Assembly: GCA_963816185.1 (NCBI GenBank)
Contig: CAWFJJ010000001.1
Location: 64,001 to 128,000, forward strand
Source: Thermoanaerobaculia bacterium
Lineage (GTDB): Bacteria; Acidobacteriota; Thermoanaerobaculia; UBA5066
Direction of reading: 5' to 3'
Length of the DNA: 64,000 nt
The notes below the pieces were generated by a model. It saw nothing but the letters and a program-made list of their open reading frames with translations, searched no databases and was not told the origin of the DNA. Position numbers and translations under genes: made by a program. Positions within the stretch are counted from its first letter, which is position 1, and the number at the start of each line of letters is the position of its first letter. This document shows, in pieces, positions 30,143-40,946 of the stretch.

Positions 30143-32064
30143 TTCTTGAAGGGCACCTGAACGACGATCCAGGTCTTGACCTTGTGGCCATCCTTCGTGG
30201 CGGGCTTCCACCGCCATCTCTCGAGGGCGGACTTGCTCGCGGCGCCGAGACCCACCTTCGGCACCGTGTCGCGCAGAATCTCCACCTTGGCGGGCTCCCC
30301 GTTCTCGTCCACGAGGACGCGCAGGAGGACGGTTCCCGAGATGTGACTCTGGACCGCGAGGCTTGTGGGGTGCGGGCTGACCTGTCGCACGGGCGCGGGC
30401 GGCGTATCGGTCTGGTCGGACTCCACGAGATCGCCTTCCTTCACGGCAGGCGGCGCCGCGGCCGCGGCCGCCGCCGCCTGCTTCGCCTCCGACTTGCGGC
30501 GCGCGACGGCTTCGCGCGCGAGGCGCGCCGCTTCGTCGCGGTCCGCTTTCTCGCGCAGGGCACGGGCGGAATCCTCGCTGTCCTTTGACTGGCTGGCCTC
30601 ATTGGAAGTCTTGTCGATCTCGGCGCGGCGCTTCTTCGCGGCGGCTTCCTGATCGCGCGCGGCCTTCGCTTCGCGTTTCTTGAGCTCCTCCTGGAGTTTC
30701 TTTTCGACGGCGGCCACGAACAGCGGATCCTCCTTCCCGACGACGACGGGAGCCGGCGTCGGGATCGGCGTGGGCGGCGCAAGGGTGGGCGCGGGCGCCG
30801 GCGTCGGCACCGGAAGGGGGGGCGGAGCCGAGGGCCTGAGCGCGAAGAAGGCCCCTGCCGCAAGGAGCAGGACGGCTCCGCCGGCGACGGCCCAGGGCGG
30901 CACGCCGCCGAGAGGTTTTTTCGGCGCGGGACCCGCGACGGCCCTGAGCGGGACGGGTCCCGAGCGCGGTGTGCGCTCCGGAGGTCGGGCGGGCGGCACG
31001 GGCATGCGTCGCGAGCCGGTGGAGGACTCGAGCCGGCGCGAGCCGCTCCCCTCCACGGGACGGCGGAGGGGCTCGACGGGGGGAGCCGGTGAGGGAACAG
31101 AAGGAACGGCGAGCGTCTTCGGGTCGATCTCTTCCTCGGCGGCCATCTCGATCTTTTCGCGCTGGATCGTCTTGTCGAAGTGCTTCTGCAGGAAGAAGGC
31201 GAGGTTGAACGTCGACGGCGCGTACGGGCCGCCGTAAAGAAGCGACGAGAGATCCTTTCTAAACGACGAGATCTGGCGATCCCGCATGCGCGGGTCCGGA
31301 TGCAGCGCGCGCCGAAGGAGGCGGCGGATGTCCTCGGGAACGGGTGTGCCGTCCACGGCGAGGTTCGCGCCCTCGACGGATTCCAGCGCCACACCCGGCG
31401 GCGGCGCTCGTCCCGTGAGCGCCTCGTAGAGAATTGCGCCCACCGAATAAAGGTCTCCCGACGTCGATGGTTTTCCCTCGGCGAGGACTTCCGGGGCGAC
31501 GTAGGGCCCGAACGTCTGCCTGGTGCGTGCGTTCTTGAGGGCCGGCAGAAGGCCCGCGCCCAGGCCGTGACCGAAGACGCGCGCTTCTCCCTCGTTCGAG
31601 ATGCAGACGAAGGGAGGCACGAGAAAGCCGTGCGCCGCGCCGGTAAACTGCTCGATGGGCGCTCCGGCCTCGAGTGCGGCAAGCAGCCTCTCGGCGATGA
31701 GGAGGCCGTGCTCGACCGGCAGAGGCGACCCGAGGAGGCGCGCGGCGAAGAGGTGGTCGAGCGTGCGTCCCTCGACGTACAGGGTGCCCAGGAACGGAAT
31801 ATCGTCGATGGCGCCCATCACCGTCCCGCGCGCGACTGTGGGGCCCTGGACGTCGTCCACGAGGTTCACGGCCGTTTCCATGGCGGCCAGGAGCGCGGAT
31901 CGATCGATCACGGCCGACGTGAACGTGCGCACGAGGAGGAACGGCTTGAGCCGGGGCGCCCCCGCGGTTCCGGCCCGCCAGGCTTCACCCAGGGAGTCCG
32001 TGCCAAGGGCGTGGGTCAGGATATAAGGCCCGAACGGCCGCGGGCTCGGTGCGGAGACGCTCAT
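30139..32064 (-). CDS. Ser/Thr kinase-like (pseudokinase) domain, single TM helix and TonB C-terminal domain
   Basis: FGPY, YVAPE, DLYSVGAILYEALTG retained; catalytic motifs degenerate; C-terminal GTVLLRVLVDENG...WKPATKDG. Confidence 0.8.
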   Translation of the reverse strand: MSVSAPSPRPFGPYILTHALGTDSLGEAWRAGTAGAPRLKPFLLVRTFTSAVIDRSALLAAMETAVNLVDDVQGPTVARGTVMGAIDDIPFLGTLYVEGRTLDHLFAARLLGSPLPVEHGLLIAERLLAALEAGAPIEQFTGAAHGFLVPPFVCISNEGEARVFGHGLGAGLLPALKNARTRQTFGPYVAPEVLAEGKPSTSGDLYSVGAILYEALTGRAPPPGVALESVEGANLAVDGTPVPEDIRRLLRRALHPDPRMRDRQISSFRKDLSSLLYGGPYAPSTFNLAFFLQKHFDKTIQREKIEMAAEEEIDPKTLAVPSVPSPAPPVEPLRRPVEGSGSRRLESSTGSRRMPVPPARPPERTPRSGPVPLRAVAGPAPKKPLGGVPPWAVAGGAVLLLAAGAFFALRPSAPPPLPVPTPAPAPTLAPPTPIPTPAPVVVGKEDPLFVAAVEKKLQEELKKREAKAARDQEAAAKKRRAEIDKTSNEASQSKDSEDSARALREKADRDEAARLAREAVARRKSEAKQAAAAAAAAPPAVKEGDLVESDQTDTPPAPVRQVSPHPTSLAVQSHISGTVLLRVLVDENGEPAKVEILRDTVPKVGLGAASKSALERWRWKPATKDGHKVKTWIVVQVPFKN

Positions 32065-32107
32065 GAGCTTTTCGGAAACGGACCATCCAGTGTAGCAGGC
32101 AGAGGCG

Positions 32108-33173
32108 TCAACGGTCGGCGGCCTGCGCCGCCCGGCGCGTCTGGCGGTAGCGCGCGGCGTTCCGTTGCTGCTCTTCGTAATCCGCGGAGAAAGAGTGCGA
32201 CCCGTCGCCCGCCGCCACGAAGTAGAGGAACGAGACGTCCGCGGGGGCGATCGCCGCCTTCAGGGAGGCGAGCCCGGGGTTGCAGATCGGGCCCGGCGGC
32301 AGGCCCGGGTTCACATACGTGTTGAAGGGCTCATCCACGGTCAGCTCGGAGCGCGCGAGAGAGCCGCGCCAGATCCCGAGCCGCTTGAGAGCGTAGATCG
32401 TGGTCGGATCGCACTGAAGGAGCATCCCCTTGCGCAGGCGATTCCGGTAGACCGCCGCCACGACCGGCCGTTCAGCGGTGACGGCCGTCTCCTTTTCGAC
32501 GAGCGAAGCGAGAGTCGTGGCCTGGAGCAGCGTCATTCCCTGCGCGCGCGCCTTCTGCTCGAAACCTTCGGGAAGTCGATGGGCGAACTGGCGCGTCATC
32601 GCGCCGAGAATCTCGTGCGCGCCCATCGAGCGCGTGACGACGTACGTGTCCGGAAACAGGAAGCCCTCGAGCGTGGGCGCGTCCTTCGGGACGCCGTCGA
32701 ACGCGTTCGGGTTTCTGGAACAGAGCCTGAAAGTCGTGCATCGTGGAAAAGTTCTGCGACGAGAAGAGCGTGAAGACCTCGTCGGCCGTGAACCCTTCGG
32801 GGACCGTGATCCGATAGGTCACGACGTCGCCGGCGACGATCGAAAGGACGACCTGCTCCGGCGTGCGGGGCCCCGTGAAGCGGTATTCGCCCGCCTTGAG
32901 CGTCTTGCCCGGATAAAGAACCTTGAGGGCGACGATGCCGAGCCGCCAGTCGCGAAGAATGCCTTTCGACTGGAGCATCTCGAAGACGCTCGCGGACGGC
33001 GTCCTGGGAGCGATCGACACGATGACCTCTTCGCCCGGGTAGCCCTGATACGGCGTCCGGAGGAGGAAGGACACGAGCGCGAGGCCCACGGCGATCGCGA
33101 CGACGATGAGGGCGAGCAGCCACGCGAGGAGGGACGTGGCGTGGCGCCTGTGGGCCGAGCGGTGCTCGAGCAC
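32108..33173 (-). CDS. mltG: Endolytic transglycosylase MltG (apparent frameshift near 32712; start approximate)
   Basis: LKAGEY, ITVPEG, LEGFLFPDTY, LASLVEKET, LQCDPT, NTY..PGLPPGPICNPG, LYFVA. Confidence 0.88.
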
Positions 33174-33193
33174 GGGCGGCTTCGGCGGGCGCC

Positions 33194-33622
33194 TCAGCGC
33201 GTGCCTCGCGCCTCGTCGCGCTCGAAGAAGTAGTCGCGGAGAAGGACGGCCGCCGCTTCCGCGTCCCGCGCCGTCTTTCGTCGTCGCGCGCCGAGGCCCG
33301 CGTCGACGAGCGCCCCCTCGGCGGCGGCGGTCGTGAGCCCTTCGCCGTGGAGGTCCACCGGGAGGCCCGACGACTCGTGGAGGCGCCGGGCGAAGCTCCG
33401 CACGCGCCGCGCCCATGTGCCCTCGCTGCCGTCCGCGCTCACCGGATGGCCCACCACGATGCGAAGGACCTCACGCTCCTTCGCGGCGGCGGCGATGGCG
33501 GCCGCGGCCTGTGCGTCGCTCTTTCGCGGAACGACGCCTACCGGCACGACGACCCGGCCGGTCTCGTCCGAGACGGCGAGGCCGATCCGCTTCTCGCCGA
33601 AATCGACCGCGAGGACACGCAC
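33194..33622 (-). CDS. ruvX: YqgF/RuvX family nuclease
   Basis: LAVDFGEKRIGLAVSD, VVGHP, EGLTT, DAEAA; typical ruvX-mltG synteny. Confidence 0.88.
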   Translation of the reverse strand: MRVLAVDFGEKRIGLAVSDETGRVVVPVGVVPRKSDAQAAAAIAAAAKEREVLRIVVGHPVSADGSEGTWARRVRSFARRLHESSGLPVDLHGEGLTTAAAEGALVDAGLGARRRKTARDAEAAAVLLRDYFFERDEARGTR

Positions 33623-33722
33623 AACCCGAATCGTAAGAGGCCCCCTCGGCGAAGTCCACTCGGGCTACAATTCCGCTCTTGGCCGGTCCGCGCCGCGGAG
33701 CCGGCTCCGGGAGCACATCTTC

Positions 33723-34901
33723 ATGAACGACGTTTTCGTCCTCTCAGCCGCCCGGACGCCGGTCGGCACGTTTCTTGGTGCGCTCGCGCCTCTTTCGGCT
33801 TCGCGCCTCGGCGCCGTCGCGATCAAAGCCGCGGTCGAGCGCGCGGAAGTTCCCGCCTCTTCGGTGTCTCAGGTGTGGATGGGGAACGTCCTGCAGGCGG
33901 GCCAGGGCCAGGCGCCTGCGCGGCAGGCGGCGCTCGCCGCGGACCTGCCTCCCTCCACCGGCTGCATCACGGTTCACAAGGTTTGCGGGTCCGGGATGCG
34001 GTCGGTGATGGATGCCGCGAACGCGCTCCGCGCGGGGGAGTTTGACGTGGCCGTCGCCGGCGGCATGGAATCCATGTCGAACGCGCCGTATCTCCTTCCG
34101 AAGGGCCGCCTGGGTTTGCGCATGGGCCACGGCCAGCTTCTCGACTCGATGATCTCGGACGGCCTCTGGGACCCGTACAAGAACATCCACATGGGCAACT
34201 GCGCGGAGCTCTGCGCCGCGAAGTACTCGTTCACCCGCGAAGCGCAGGATGCATTCGCACTCGAGAGCTACCAGCGCGCGCGCCGTGCGAACGAAGCGGG
34301 CGATTTCAAGGCCGAGTTCGCTCCCGTGACGATCGAGACCAAGAAGGGTCCCGTCGTCGTGGATCGCGACGAGGAGCCTTTCGCGACGCCGCTCGAGAAG
34401 CTCGAGAAGATGGGAACCCTCAAGCCGGCTTTCCAGAAGGACGGCACCGTGACCGCCGCGAATTCGTCGAAGATCAACGACGGCGCGTCGGCGCTCGTTC
34501 TCGTGTCCGAAGCGGGCCTCGGAAACGGCAAGCCGATCGCCCGGATCGTCGCGCAGGCCTCGCACGCCCAGGAGCCGGAATGGTTCACGACGGCGCCCGT
34601 CGCAGCCGCGCGCAAGGCGGCCGAAAAGGCCGGGATCCCGCTTTCCCAGATCGACATTTTCGAGGTGAACGAGGCGTTCGCGGTCGTCGCGATGGCGTTC
34701 ATCTCTGACCTCTCTCTCGATCCGAACAAGGTGAACGTGAACGGCGGGGCCGTGGCCCTCGGCCACCCGATCGGCTCGTCGGGCTCGCGCATCCTGACGA
34801 CGCTTATCCACGCGCTGCGAGCCCGCAAGAAGAAGTACGGCCTCGCCTCGATCTGTATCGGGGGCGGCGAAGCCACGGCCGTCGTCGTCGAAGCGCTCTA
34901 G
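33723..34901 (+). CDS. Acetyl-CoA C-acyltransferase (thiolase)
   Basis: [31 protein letters not shown]. Confidence 0.93.
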   Translation: MNDVFVLSAARTPVGTFLGALAPLSASRLGAVAIKAAVERAEVPASSVSQVWMGNVLQAGQGQAPARQAALAADLPPSTGCITVHKVCGSGMRSVMDAANALRAGEFDVAVAGGMESMSNAPYLLPKGRLGLRMGHGQLLDSMISDGLWDPYKNIHMGNCAELCAAKYSFTREAQDAFALESYQRARRANEAGDFKAEFAPVTIETKKGPVVVDRDEEPFATPLEKLEKMGTLKPAFQKDGTVTAANSSKINDGASALVLVSEAGLGNGKPIARIVAQASHAQEPEWFTTAPVAAARKAAEKAGIPLSQIDIFEVNEAFAVVAMAFISDLSLDPNKVNVNGGAVALGHPIGSSGSRILTTLIHALRARKKKYGLASICIGGGEATAVVVEAL

Positions 34902-34911
34902 AATCGGGCCG

Positions 34912-35625
34912 ATGATCGACAAGGTCGTCCGCGGGGCCTCGCCTCAGGAAGCAGCGGCCAAGGCCGTCCAGGACGTCCCGTCCGGCGCGACCCTCCTCGT
35001 GGGCGGGTTCGGCCTCTGCGGAATCCCCGAGAACCTCATCGCGGCGCTCGCGGCGAGCGACGTCCAGGGCCTCACATGCGTCTCGAACAACTGCGGCGTG
35101 GACGACTGGGGCCTCGGCATCCTCCTCGGGAAGAGGAAAATCCGGAAAATGATCTCGTCCTACGTCGGCGAGAACGCGGAGTTCGAGAGGCAGTACCTCG
35201 CGGGCGAGCTCGAGCTGGAGTTCTGCCCGCAAGGCACGCTCGCCGAGCGGTTGCGCGCGGGCGGCGCGGGGATCGCCGGCTTCTACACGCCGACGGGCGC
35301 CGGCACGATCGTGGCCGAGGGCAAGGAGACGAAGGTCTTCGACGGCCGGGAATACATCTTGGAGCGCGGCCTCGTGGGGGACTTTGCGCTCGTCGCCGCG
35401 TGGAAGGCCGACCGGCTCGGCAACCTCGTCTACCGGAAGACCGCGCGTAACTTCAACCCGATGGCCGCGACGGCCGGAAAGATCACGGTCGCCGAGGTCG
35501 AGGAGCTCGTCGAGCCGGGCGCTCTGGATCCGGACGAGGTCGACACGCCCGGCATCTTCGTCAAGCGCGTGGTCGTGGCGCCGCGCATCAAGCGCATCGA
35601 ACGGCGCACGGTGCGGAAGGGCTGA
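34912..35625 (+). CDS. scoA: 3-oxoacid CoA-transferase subunit A
   Basis: [34 protein letters not shown]. Confidence 0.92.
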   Translation: MIDKVVRGASPQEAAAKAVQDVPSGATLLVGGFGLCGIPENLIAALAASDVQGLTCVSNNCGVDDWGLGILLGKRKIRKMISSYVGENAEFERQYLAGELELEFCPQGTLAERLRAGGAGIAGFYTPTGAGTIVAEGKETKVFDGREYILERGLVGDFALVAAWKADRLGNLVYRKTARNFNPMAATAGKITVAEVEELVEPGALDPDEVDTPGIFVKRVVVAPRIKRIERRTVRKG

Positions 35626-35627
35626 GG

Positions 35628-36290
35628 ATGGCGAAGCTCGACCGGGACGGCATCGTCCGGCGCGCGGCCAAGGAGCTCCGCGACGGCATGTACGTGAACC
35701 TCGGCATCGGAATGCCGACGCTCGTCTCGAACTCCATCCCGGAGGGCATGGAGGTCATCCTTCAGTCCGAGAACGGCATCCTCGGCATGGGTCCATACCC
35801 CACCGAGAGCGAGGTCGACCCCGACCTCATCAACGCCGGGAAGGAGACCGTGACGGTCATTCCCGGCGCCGCGTTCTTCTCGTCGGCCGACTCCTTCGCG
35901 ATGATCCGCGGCGGCCACATCGATCTCTGCATCCTGGGCGCGATGCAGGTCGACGCCGAGGGGTCGATCGCGAACTGGATGATCCCCGGGAAGCTCGTGA
36001 AAGGCATGGGCGGCGCGATGGACCTCGTCGCGGCGGCGCGGCGCATCGTCGTCACGATGGAGCATGTCGCGAAGAACGGCGGGAAAAAGATCCTGAACCG
36101 CTGCACGCTTCCGCTGACCGGCAAGGGCTGTGTCCACCGCATCATCACCGACCTCGCCGTCCTCGACGTGAAGAAGGGGGGAGGCCTCGTCCTCGTCGAG
36201 CGCGCGCCGGGGGTCTCGGTGGACGAGATCCGTGCCGCCACGGAGCCGCCGCTCGAGACCAGGGGCGACGTGCCCGAGATGAAGGTCTGA
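35628..36290 (+). CDS. scoB: 3-oxoacid CoA-transferase subunit B
   Basis: [14 protein letters not shown] (catalytic Glu), [14 protein letters not shown]. Confidence 0.92.
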   Translation: MAKLDRDGIVRRAAKELRDGMYVNLGIGMPTLVSNSIPEGMEVILQSENGILGMGPYPTESEVDPDLINAGKETVTVIPGAAFFSSADSFAMIRGGHIDLCILGAMQVDAEGSIANWMIPGKLVKGMGGAMDLVAAARRIVVTMEHVAKNGGKKILNRCTLPLTGKGCVHRIITDLAVLDVKKGGGLVLVERAPGVSVDEIRAATEPPLETRGDVPEMKV

Positions 36291-36364
36291 CGGGCGCGCC
36301 GATTGCTCCCTCTCGAGACTTGTGGCGTTTTGGCAGGGGAACCGGTCTGCAAATTTCTTCGAAG

Positions 36365-38701
36365 GTGAATGGGGCAAGGCGCGCGCCGAACCGGCTGAAT
36401 CCTGTCGCGGCGCCCCGGCGCGCCACAGCGCCATGTTCCCCTTCTAAGAAGAAATACCATTGCCGTCTGCTTCGCCTGCTGCTCTTTTGCGTTGCCCTCA
36501 CCGTCTGCACGGGAGCAAGTCTCTCTCTTTCCCAATCTTCGTTCGATACCGACCCCTTCTCCGCTCGCTTCCGCGAGCGCGGCGGGTGGGAGCCGAAATT
36601 CAAGCTGCCCGAGAAGGGCGGGACGATCCGCATCACCATCGACGCGGGCGAGCCCGGGGGGCCGCAAGGCAAGCAGACGTTCATCGAGGAGGACTTCTTC
36701 ACCGCGGACGCGCCGCCCGGCAAATTCGTCACGATCGAGTACCAGGACGTCAAGCTCATGGCGCACAGCGTGCACGGCAGCCTGAAGCAGAAGACCGTCG
36801 TGGCCGAGGGCGACGTCACCTTCGAGCAGGGCGCCTCGCGGATGTGTGGCGTCCGGCTCGAGCTGGATCTCGTCGAGAAGACGGGTGTCCTCACGGACGG
36901 CAGCGTGGACCTCGAGGGCGGGCTCCACCTGAAGGGCGCGACGCTCGCGAAGGTCGGGCCTCGTACGTTCTCGCTCACGGATGGTGTCGTGACGTCCTGC
37001 GAGGGCGAGAATCCGGCCTGGAAATTCAAGGTCAGGAGCGGGACCGTGACGCTCGAGGATTTCGCACGCCTGAAGGGCGTCACGTTCTCGATGGGGGGCG
37101 TTCCTCTCCTCTACACGCCTTATCTCATCTGGCCGGCGCTGAGGGACCGGGCTTCGGGCTTCCTCATTCCCGGTCTTGGCTACAACTCGAACCGGGGCGG
37201 GTATTTCGGCATGTCGTATTACTGGGCGATCTCGCGCTCCGCCGACGCCACGTTCTCGGCCGATTTCTACACGAAGGGGTACTACGGCCTCGGCACCGAG
37301 CTCCGGGCGCGCCCGTCCGAGGGAACACACGTCGAGGGCACGTATTACACGATCTACGACCCCACGGTTCAGCACTGGCAGTGGCAGACGATCGGGACGC
37401 TCGTTTCGAACGACCTGGGGCCGAAGCTGCGCGCCGTGGTCACCTGGCTCGAATTCTCGGACCCGACGTTCTTTCAGAGCTTCAACGCGAATTTCGCCCT
37501 CTCCTCGGCGCGCACCATCGGGAGCGAAGCCTTCGTCACATGGAGCCCCGATCCGTTCGCCCTGAATCTCCGAGTCACGCGCAACGAGGCGCTCGGCTAC
37601 GGCACGGGCAACATCGTGAACGAGCGCCTGCCGACGCTCGAGGCCAGCCTGCGCCCGACCCCTTTCTTCGGCCAGGCGGTGTTCGTCGAAGCCTCGGGGC
37701 AGGCGGGCCTGCTCAGCACGAACCGGGGCAACGGCCTGCCGTCCGGCACGTACGACCGCTTCGACCTCTTCCCGAAGGTAAACGTGCCGCTCTCGCTCTT
37801 CCCCTGGCTCTCGCTCGAGGGCACGGCAGGCGGGCGGCTGACGACCTACGGGAAGTCGCTCTCAGGCGACGGAACGACCCTCGAGGACGTCCGTTACAAC
37901 CGGGAAGCTCTGTCGACGGAAGTCTCCCTGACGGGCCCCGCTTTCTCGCGACTCTTCGACGGAACGCTGGGACCGTTCACGAAGTTCAAGCACGTGATCG
38001 AACCACGCGTCGTCTGGGACTACCTCGCGGGGCGTGACAGTTTCGCGCCGACGCCCCTTTTCGACGAAGTCGACTCCCTCATTCCAACGAACGTGATCCG
38101 GTATTCGCTGCTCCAGCATTTCCTCGCCAAGGGAAAAGAGGGGGGCTCGCGCGAGATCGCTTCGTTCGAGATCGCACGGAGCTATTACGTGAGGCTTCCG
38201 GGCGAGGGAACGGCCTTTCCGTTCGACCCGAGCGTTCAGAAGAGCTCCCCTCTGGACTTCATCCTCCGCGTCAACGCGACGTCGGCCCTCAACCTGGACG
38301 CGAGGACGACCTGGGACCCCCACACGAATCAGGTCACGGCCGCGAGCATGACGGCCGTCCTGTCGGGAGCCGAGCGGACCCTCGCGCTCTCGCTCTTCGA
38401 CAGCCACCCGGTGGTGATTCCGGCCTCGCTCGACCCCGGCGCCTCCGCCCAGCTGAGGGTGTCGGGGGGGATGCCGATCCTGCCGAAGCGCCTCCGGTTC
38501 GACGTGGAGGCGAATTACGACCTCACGAAAGGCCGCATGCTCGAGTCGCGCTCTCTGTTGACCCTCCAGGCGGCCTGCTTCAAAATCCTCGCGGAATACA
38601 GGGATTTGCGCACCGGGGTCGTGCCTTCGAGGGATTTCCGGGTGGCTCTGACCCTGAAAAACGTGGGCAGCTTTCTCGACTTCACCGGGAGCCTTCCGTG
38701 A
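36365..38701 (+). CDS. lptD: LPS-assembly outer membrane protein LptD (start uncertain)
   Basis: VAEGDV, TSCE..NPAW, PLLYTPY, RASGFLIP, YYWAI, KHVIEP; beta-barrel C-terminus. Confidence 0.8.
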   Translation: MNGARRAPNRLNPVAAPRRATAPCSPSKKKYHCRLLRLLLFCVALTVCTGASLSLSQSSFDTDPFSARFRERGGWEPKFKLPEKGGTIRITIDAGEPGGPQGKQTFIEEDFFTADAPPGKFVTIEYQDVKLMAHSVHGSLKQKTVVAEGDVTFEQGASRMCGVRLELDLVEKTGVLTDGSVDLEGGLHLKGATLAKVGPRTFSLTDGVVTSCEGENPAWKFKVRSGTVTLEDFARLKGVTFSMGGVPLLYTPYLIWPALRDRASGFLIPGLGYNSNRGGYFGMSYYWAISRSADATFSADFYTKGYYGLGTELRARPSEGTHVEGTYYTIYDPTVQHWQWQTIGTLVSNDLGPKLRAVVTWLEFSDPTFFQSFNANFALSSARTIGSEAFVTWSPDPFALNLRVTRNEALGYGTGNIVNERLPTLEASLRPTPFFGQAVFVEASGQAGLLSTNRGNGLPSGTYDRFDLFPKVNVPLSLFPWLSLEGTAGGRLTTYGKSLSGDGTTLEDVRYNREALSTEVSLTGPAFSRLFDGTLGPFTKFKHVIEPRVVWDYLAGRDSFAPTPLFDEVDSLIPTNVIRYSLLQHFLAKGKEGGSREIASFEIARSYYVRLPGEGTAFPFDPSVQKSSPLDFILRVNATSALNLDARTTWDPHTNQVTAASMTAVLSGAERTLALSLFDSHPVVIPASLDPGASAQLRVSGGMPILPKRLRFDVEANYDLTKGRMLESRSLLTLQAACFKILAEYRDLRTGVVPSRDFRVALTLKNVGSFLDFTGSLP

Positions 38702-40056
38702 CCCGTTTAGGTCCGAGAGAGATTGCGCCCCGTTGCGACACTTCCAACGTGGCCCGATTCAGGACCCTCGGCTTAATCCTTGTGCTGCTTCTCCTTCCGT
38801 CCAGACTGCGGGGCGACGGGGCGGCTACGAACACGACCTGCGCGGGAGCTCTCGCTGTCGACCCGGCCGCACTGCCGTGGTCCTCGACAGGCGTGGACAC
38901 CAGCGATGTCGAGGGCGAAGGCGATCCTCCCGTCTTTCCGTGCTACACGAAGGGACAGCTTTCGACGGGCGGTCAGGCGCCCCCGGGTCGCCTCGTCTGG
39001 TATTCCTTCACGCCCACGGTCTCCGACACCTACCGGATCGACACGATCGGCACGACGCCCGCCGCCGACTACGACACGATCCTCGGCGTGTACACCGGCT
39101 CGTGCGGATCTCTCAATTCTGTCTCGGGAATCTGCCGCCAGAACGGGTTTTTTCCCGACGACGCGCCCGGGTCGCTGCAGTCGTCCGTGACGCTCCTCCT
39201 GTCGGCAGGCACGACGTACACGATCGCCGTCGGCGGCATCGGACGGCCGAATGGCTTCACGGGCCAGTTCGAGCCCTCGAAGGGCGGTCTCCTCCAGCTG
39301 AACGTCTCCCGCGTGGCGGTCGGGTATCCGTACGTTTACCTGCTCCCGTCGGTTGCGCGCACGGGTGGCTTCGTGAGTGACCTCTCGGTCACGAACGTGG
39401 AACCCGCGGACGGCCAGTTCTTCGTCCAGTATCTCGGACACGGCAACGACGGCGACCTGAACGTCCCGGAGCTGCAGCCGTTCTCCAGCCCCCAGCACCT
39501 CGCGCCGTCCGGCACTCGCGAAATCAAGGACGTCCTCGGCTCGCTTTTCTCGATTTCCTCGGATTTCGGCGCCCTCGTCGTTCAGTCCACGACTCGGCTG
39601 CTCATCGGCGCGCGGACCGCGGCGCCCGCGCCCGGGGGTGCGGGCACGTTCGGCATGTTCACCGAGGCGGTGGACGTGTCCTCCGGCTCTGCGTCCACCC
39701 TCGCGCTCGTGTTCGGGGAGACGGGGCGCTTCGTCGCCGTTCGGGAGGACGCGTCCGCGCGGACGAACCTCGTTCTCGTGAACCCGTCGATGACGCCCTG
39801 CTCCGTCCAGTCCAAGGTGCTGGACGGCGGCGGGAACCTGCTGGGGTCCGCCCGAACGTTCACGGTCCCGCCGCACACGATGATTCAGAAGAACCGTCTC
39901 AAGGACACTTACGGAATCCCGGGCGCGGTAGAGGCCGCTTCGGTCCTCGTGACGAACGTGACGCCCGGCTGTGCCGTGGCCGGGAGCGCTTACGTGGTCG
40001 ACGGGAACACGGCGGCCGGCACGAACGATCCCTTCGCGGTGCCGCTGCGCAAATAG
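38698..40056 (+). CDS. Exported beta-rich hypothetical (surface) protein
   Basis: Hydrophobic signal; VWYSFTP...YDTILGVYTGSC (PPC-like), followed by Ig-like domains; start may be GTG 38749. Confidence 0.65.
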   Translation: MTRLGPREIAPRCDTSNVARFRTLGLILVLLLLPSRLRGDGAATNTTCAGALAVDPAALPWSSTGVDTSDVEGEGDPPVFPCYTKGQLSTGGQAPPGRLVWYSFTPTVSDTYRIDTIGTTPAADYDTILGVYTGSCGSLNSVSGICRQNGFFPDDAPGSLQSSVTLLLSAGTTYTIAVGGIGRPNGFTGQFEPSKGGLLQLNVSRVAVGYPYVYLLPSVARTGGFVSDLSVTNVEPADGQFFVQYLGHGNDGDLNVPELQPFSSPQHLAPSGTREIKDVLGSLFSISSDFGALVVQSTTRLLIGARTAAPAPGGAGTFGMFTEAVDVSSGSASTLALVFGETGRFVAVREDASARTNLVLVNPSMTPCSVQSKVLDGGGNLLGSARTFTVPPHTMIQKNRLKDTYGIPGAVEAASVLVTNVTPGCAVAGSAYVVDGNTAAGTNDPFAVPLRK

Positions 40057-40088
40057 GGGCGCGGTCTCCCGTGTAGACTTCCCCGTTC

Positions 40089-40946
40089 GTGCAGGCGGTC
40101 ATTCTGGGAGCCGGTGGAATGCTCGGGCGGGCGCTCGGACGCGAGTTCCCGGAGGCCGATCGTTTCACCCGCGCGGCCCTCGACATCACCGATAGCGCCG
40201 CCGTTCGCGCGGCTCTCGGTCCGGAAACGCGGCTCGTCCTGAACGCCGCGGCTGATACGCGCGTCGACACGGCCGAAACCGACCCGCACCACGTCAAGGT
40301 CAACGTCATCGCGGTGGGAGCGCTCGCGGCGCTCTGCCGAAAGCTGGACGCGATGCTCGTACACGTGTCGACCGATTACGTGTTCTCCGGAAAGGGAATC
40401 CGTCCCTATCGCGAGGACGACCCCGTCGACCCCGTGAACGCGTACGGCCGCGCCAAGCTCATGGGGGAGCGGCGCGCGTTCGAGGAAGGTGATGAGGTGC
40501 TCGTCGTCCGGACCTCGTGGGTGTTCGGCATGGGCGGCGTGAACTTCGTGGACACGATCCTGAAGAAAGTCGAGAGCGGCGCACGCGAGCTCTCGGTGGT
40601 GGACGACCAGGTTGCGCGACCCGCGTACGCGGCCGATGTCGCGCACGCGATCCGCGAGCTCGTCGAGAAGAGGGTCACCGGTGTCGTTCACTTCGCGAAC
40701 GCGGGAGAGGCCACGTGGTACGAGCTCGCCTCCGAAGCGATCGCGCGCGAAGGCCACACGGAGGTCCGCGTGAAGGCCGTTTCGACGTCGGAATTTCCCC
40801 GCCCCGCACGTCGCCCCCGGTGGTCGGTCCTCGACACGTCGCTCTACGAGCGCCTGACGGGCCGCGCTCCGCGCTCCTGGCGAGAGGCTCTCGGAGATTA
40901 TCTCGCGGAGCGCCGCGCCGCCGCGCCCGCACGCCCCGCCTTATGA
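40089..40946 (+). CDS. rmlD: dTDP-4-dehydrorhamnose reductase
   Basis: GAGGMLG, HVSTDYVF, YGRAKLMGE, RTSWVFG, VVDDQ. Confidence 0.9.
   Translation: MQAVILGAGGMLGRALGREFPEADRFTRAALDITDSAAVRAALGPETRLVLNAAADTRVDTAETDPHHVKVNVIAVGALAALCRKLDAMLVHVSTDYVFSGKGIRPYREDDPVDPVNAYGRAKLMGERRAFEEGDEVLVVRTSWVFGMGGVNFVDTILKKVESGARELSVVDDQVARPAYAADVAHAIRELVEKRVTGVVHFANAGEATWYELASEAIAREGHTEVRVKAVSTSEFPRPARRPRWSVLDTSLYERLTGRAPRSWREALGDYLAERRAAAPARPAL

Noticed and set aside
35384-38701. Apparent 1105-aa LptD, and other N-terminally extended ORFs (19287..21452, 22265..25000, 23602..25743, 26044..28380, 53284..55974, 60049..61983)
   Set aside because: The extensions are read-through of alternative frames across neighbouring genes; starts were reassigned using motif onset and ATGA/GTGA overlaps
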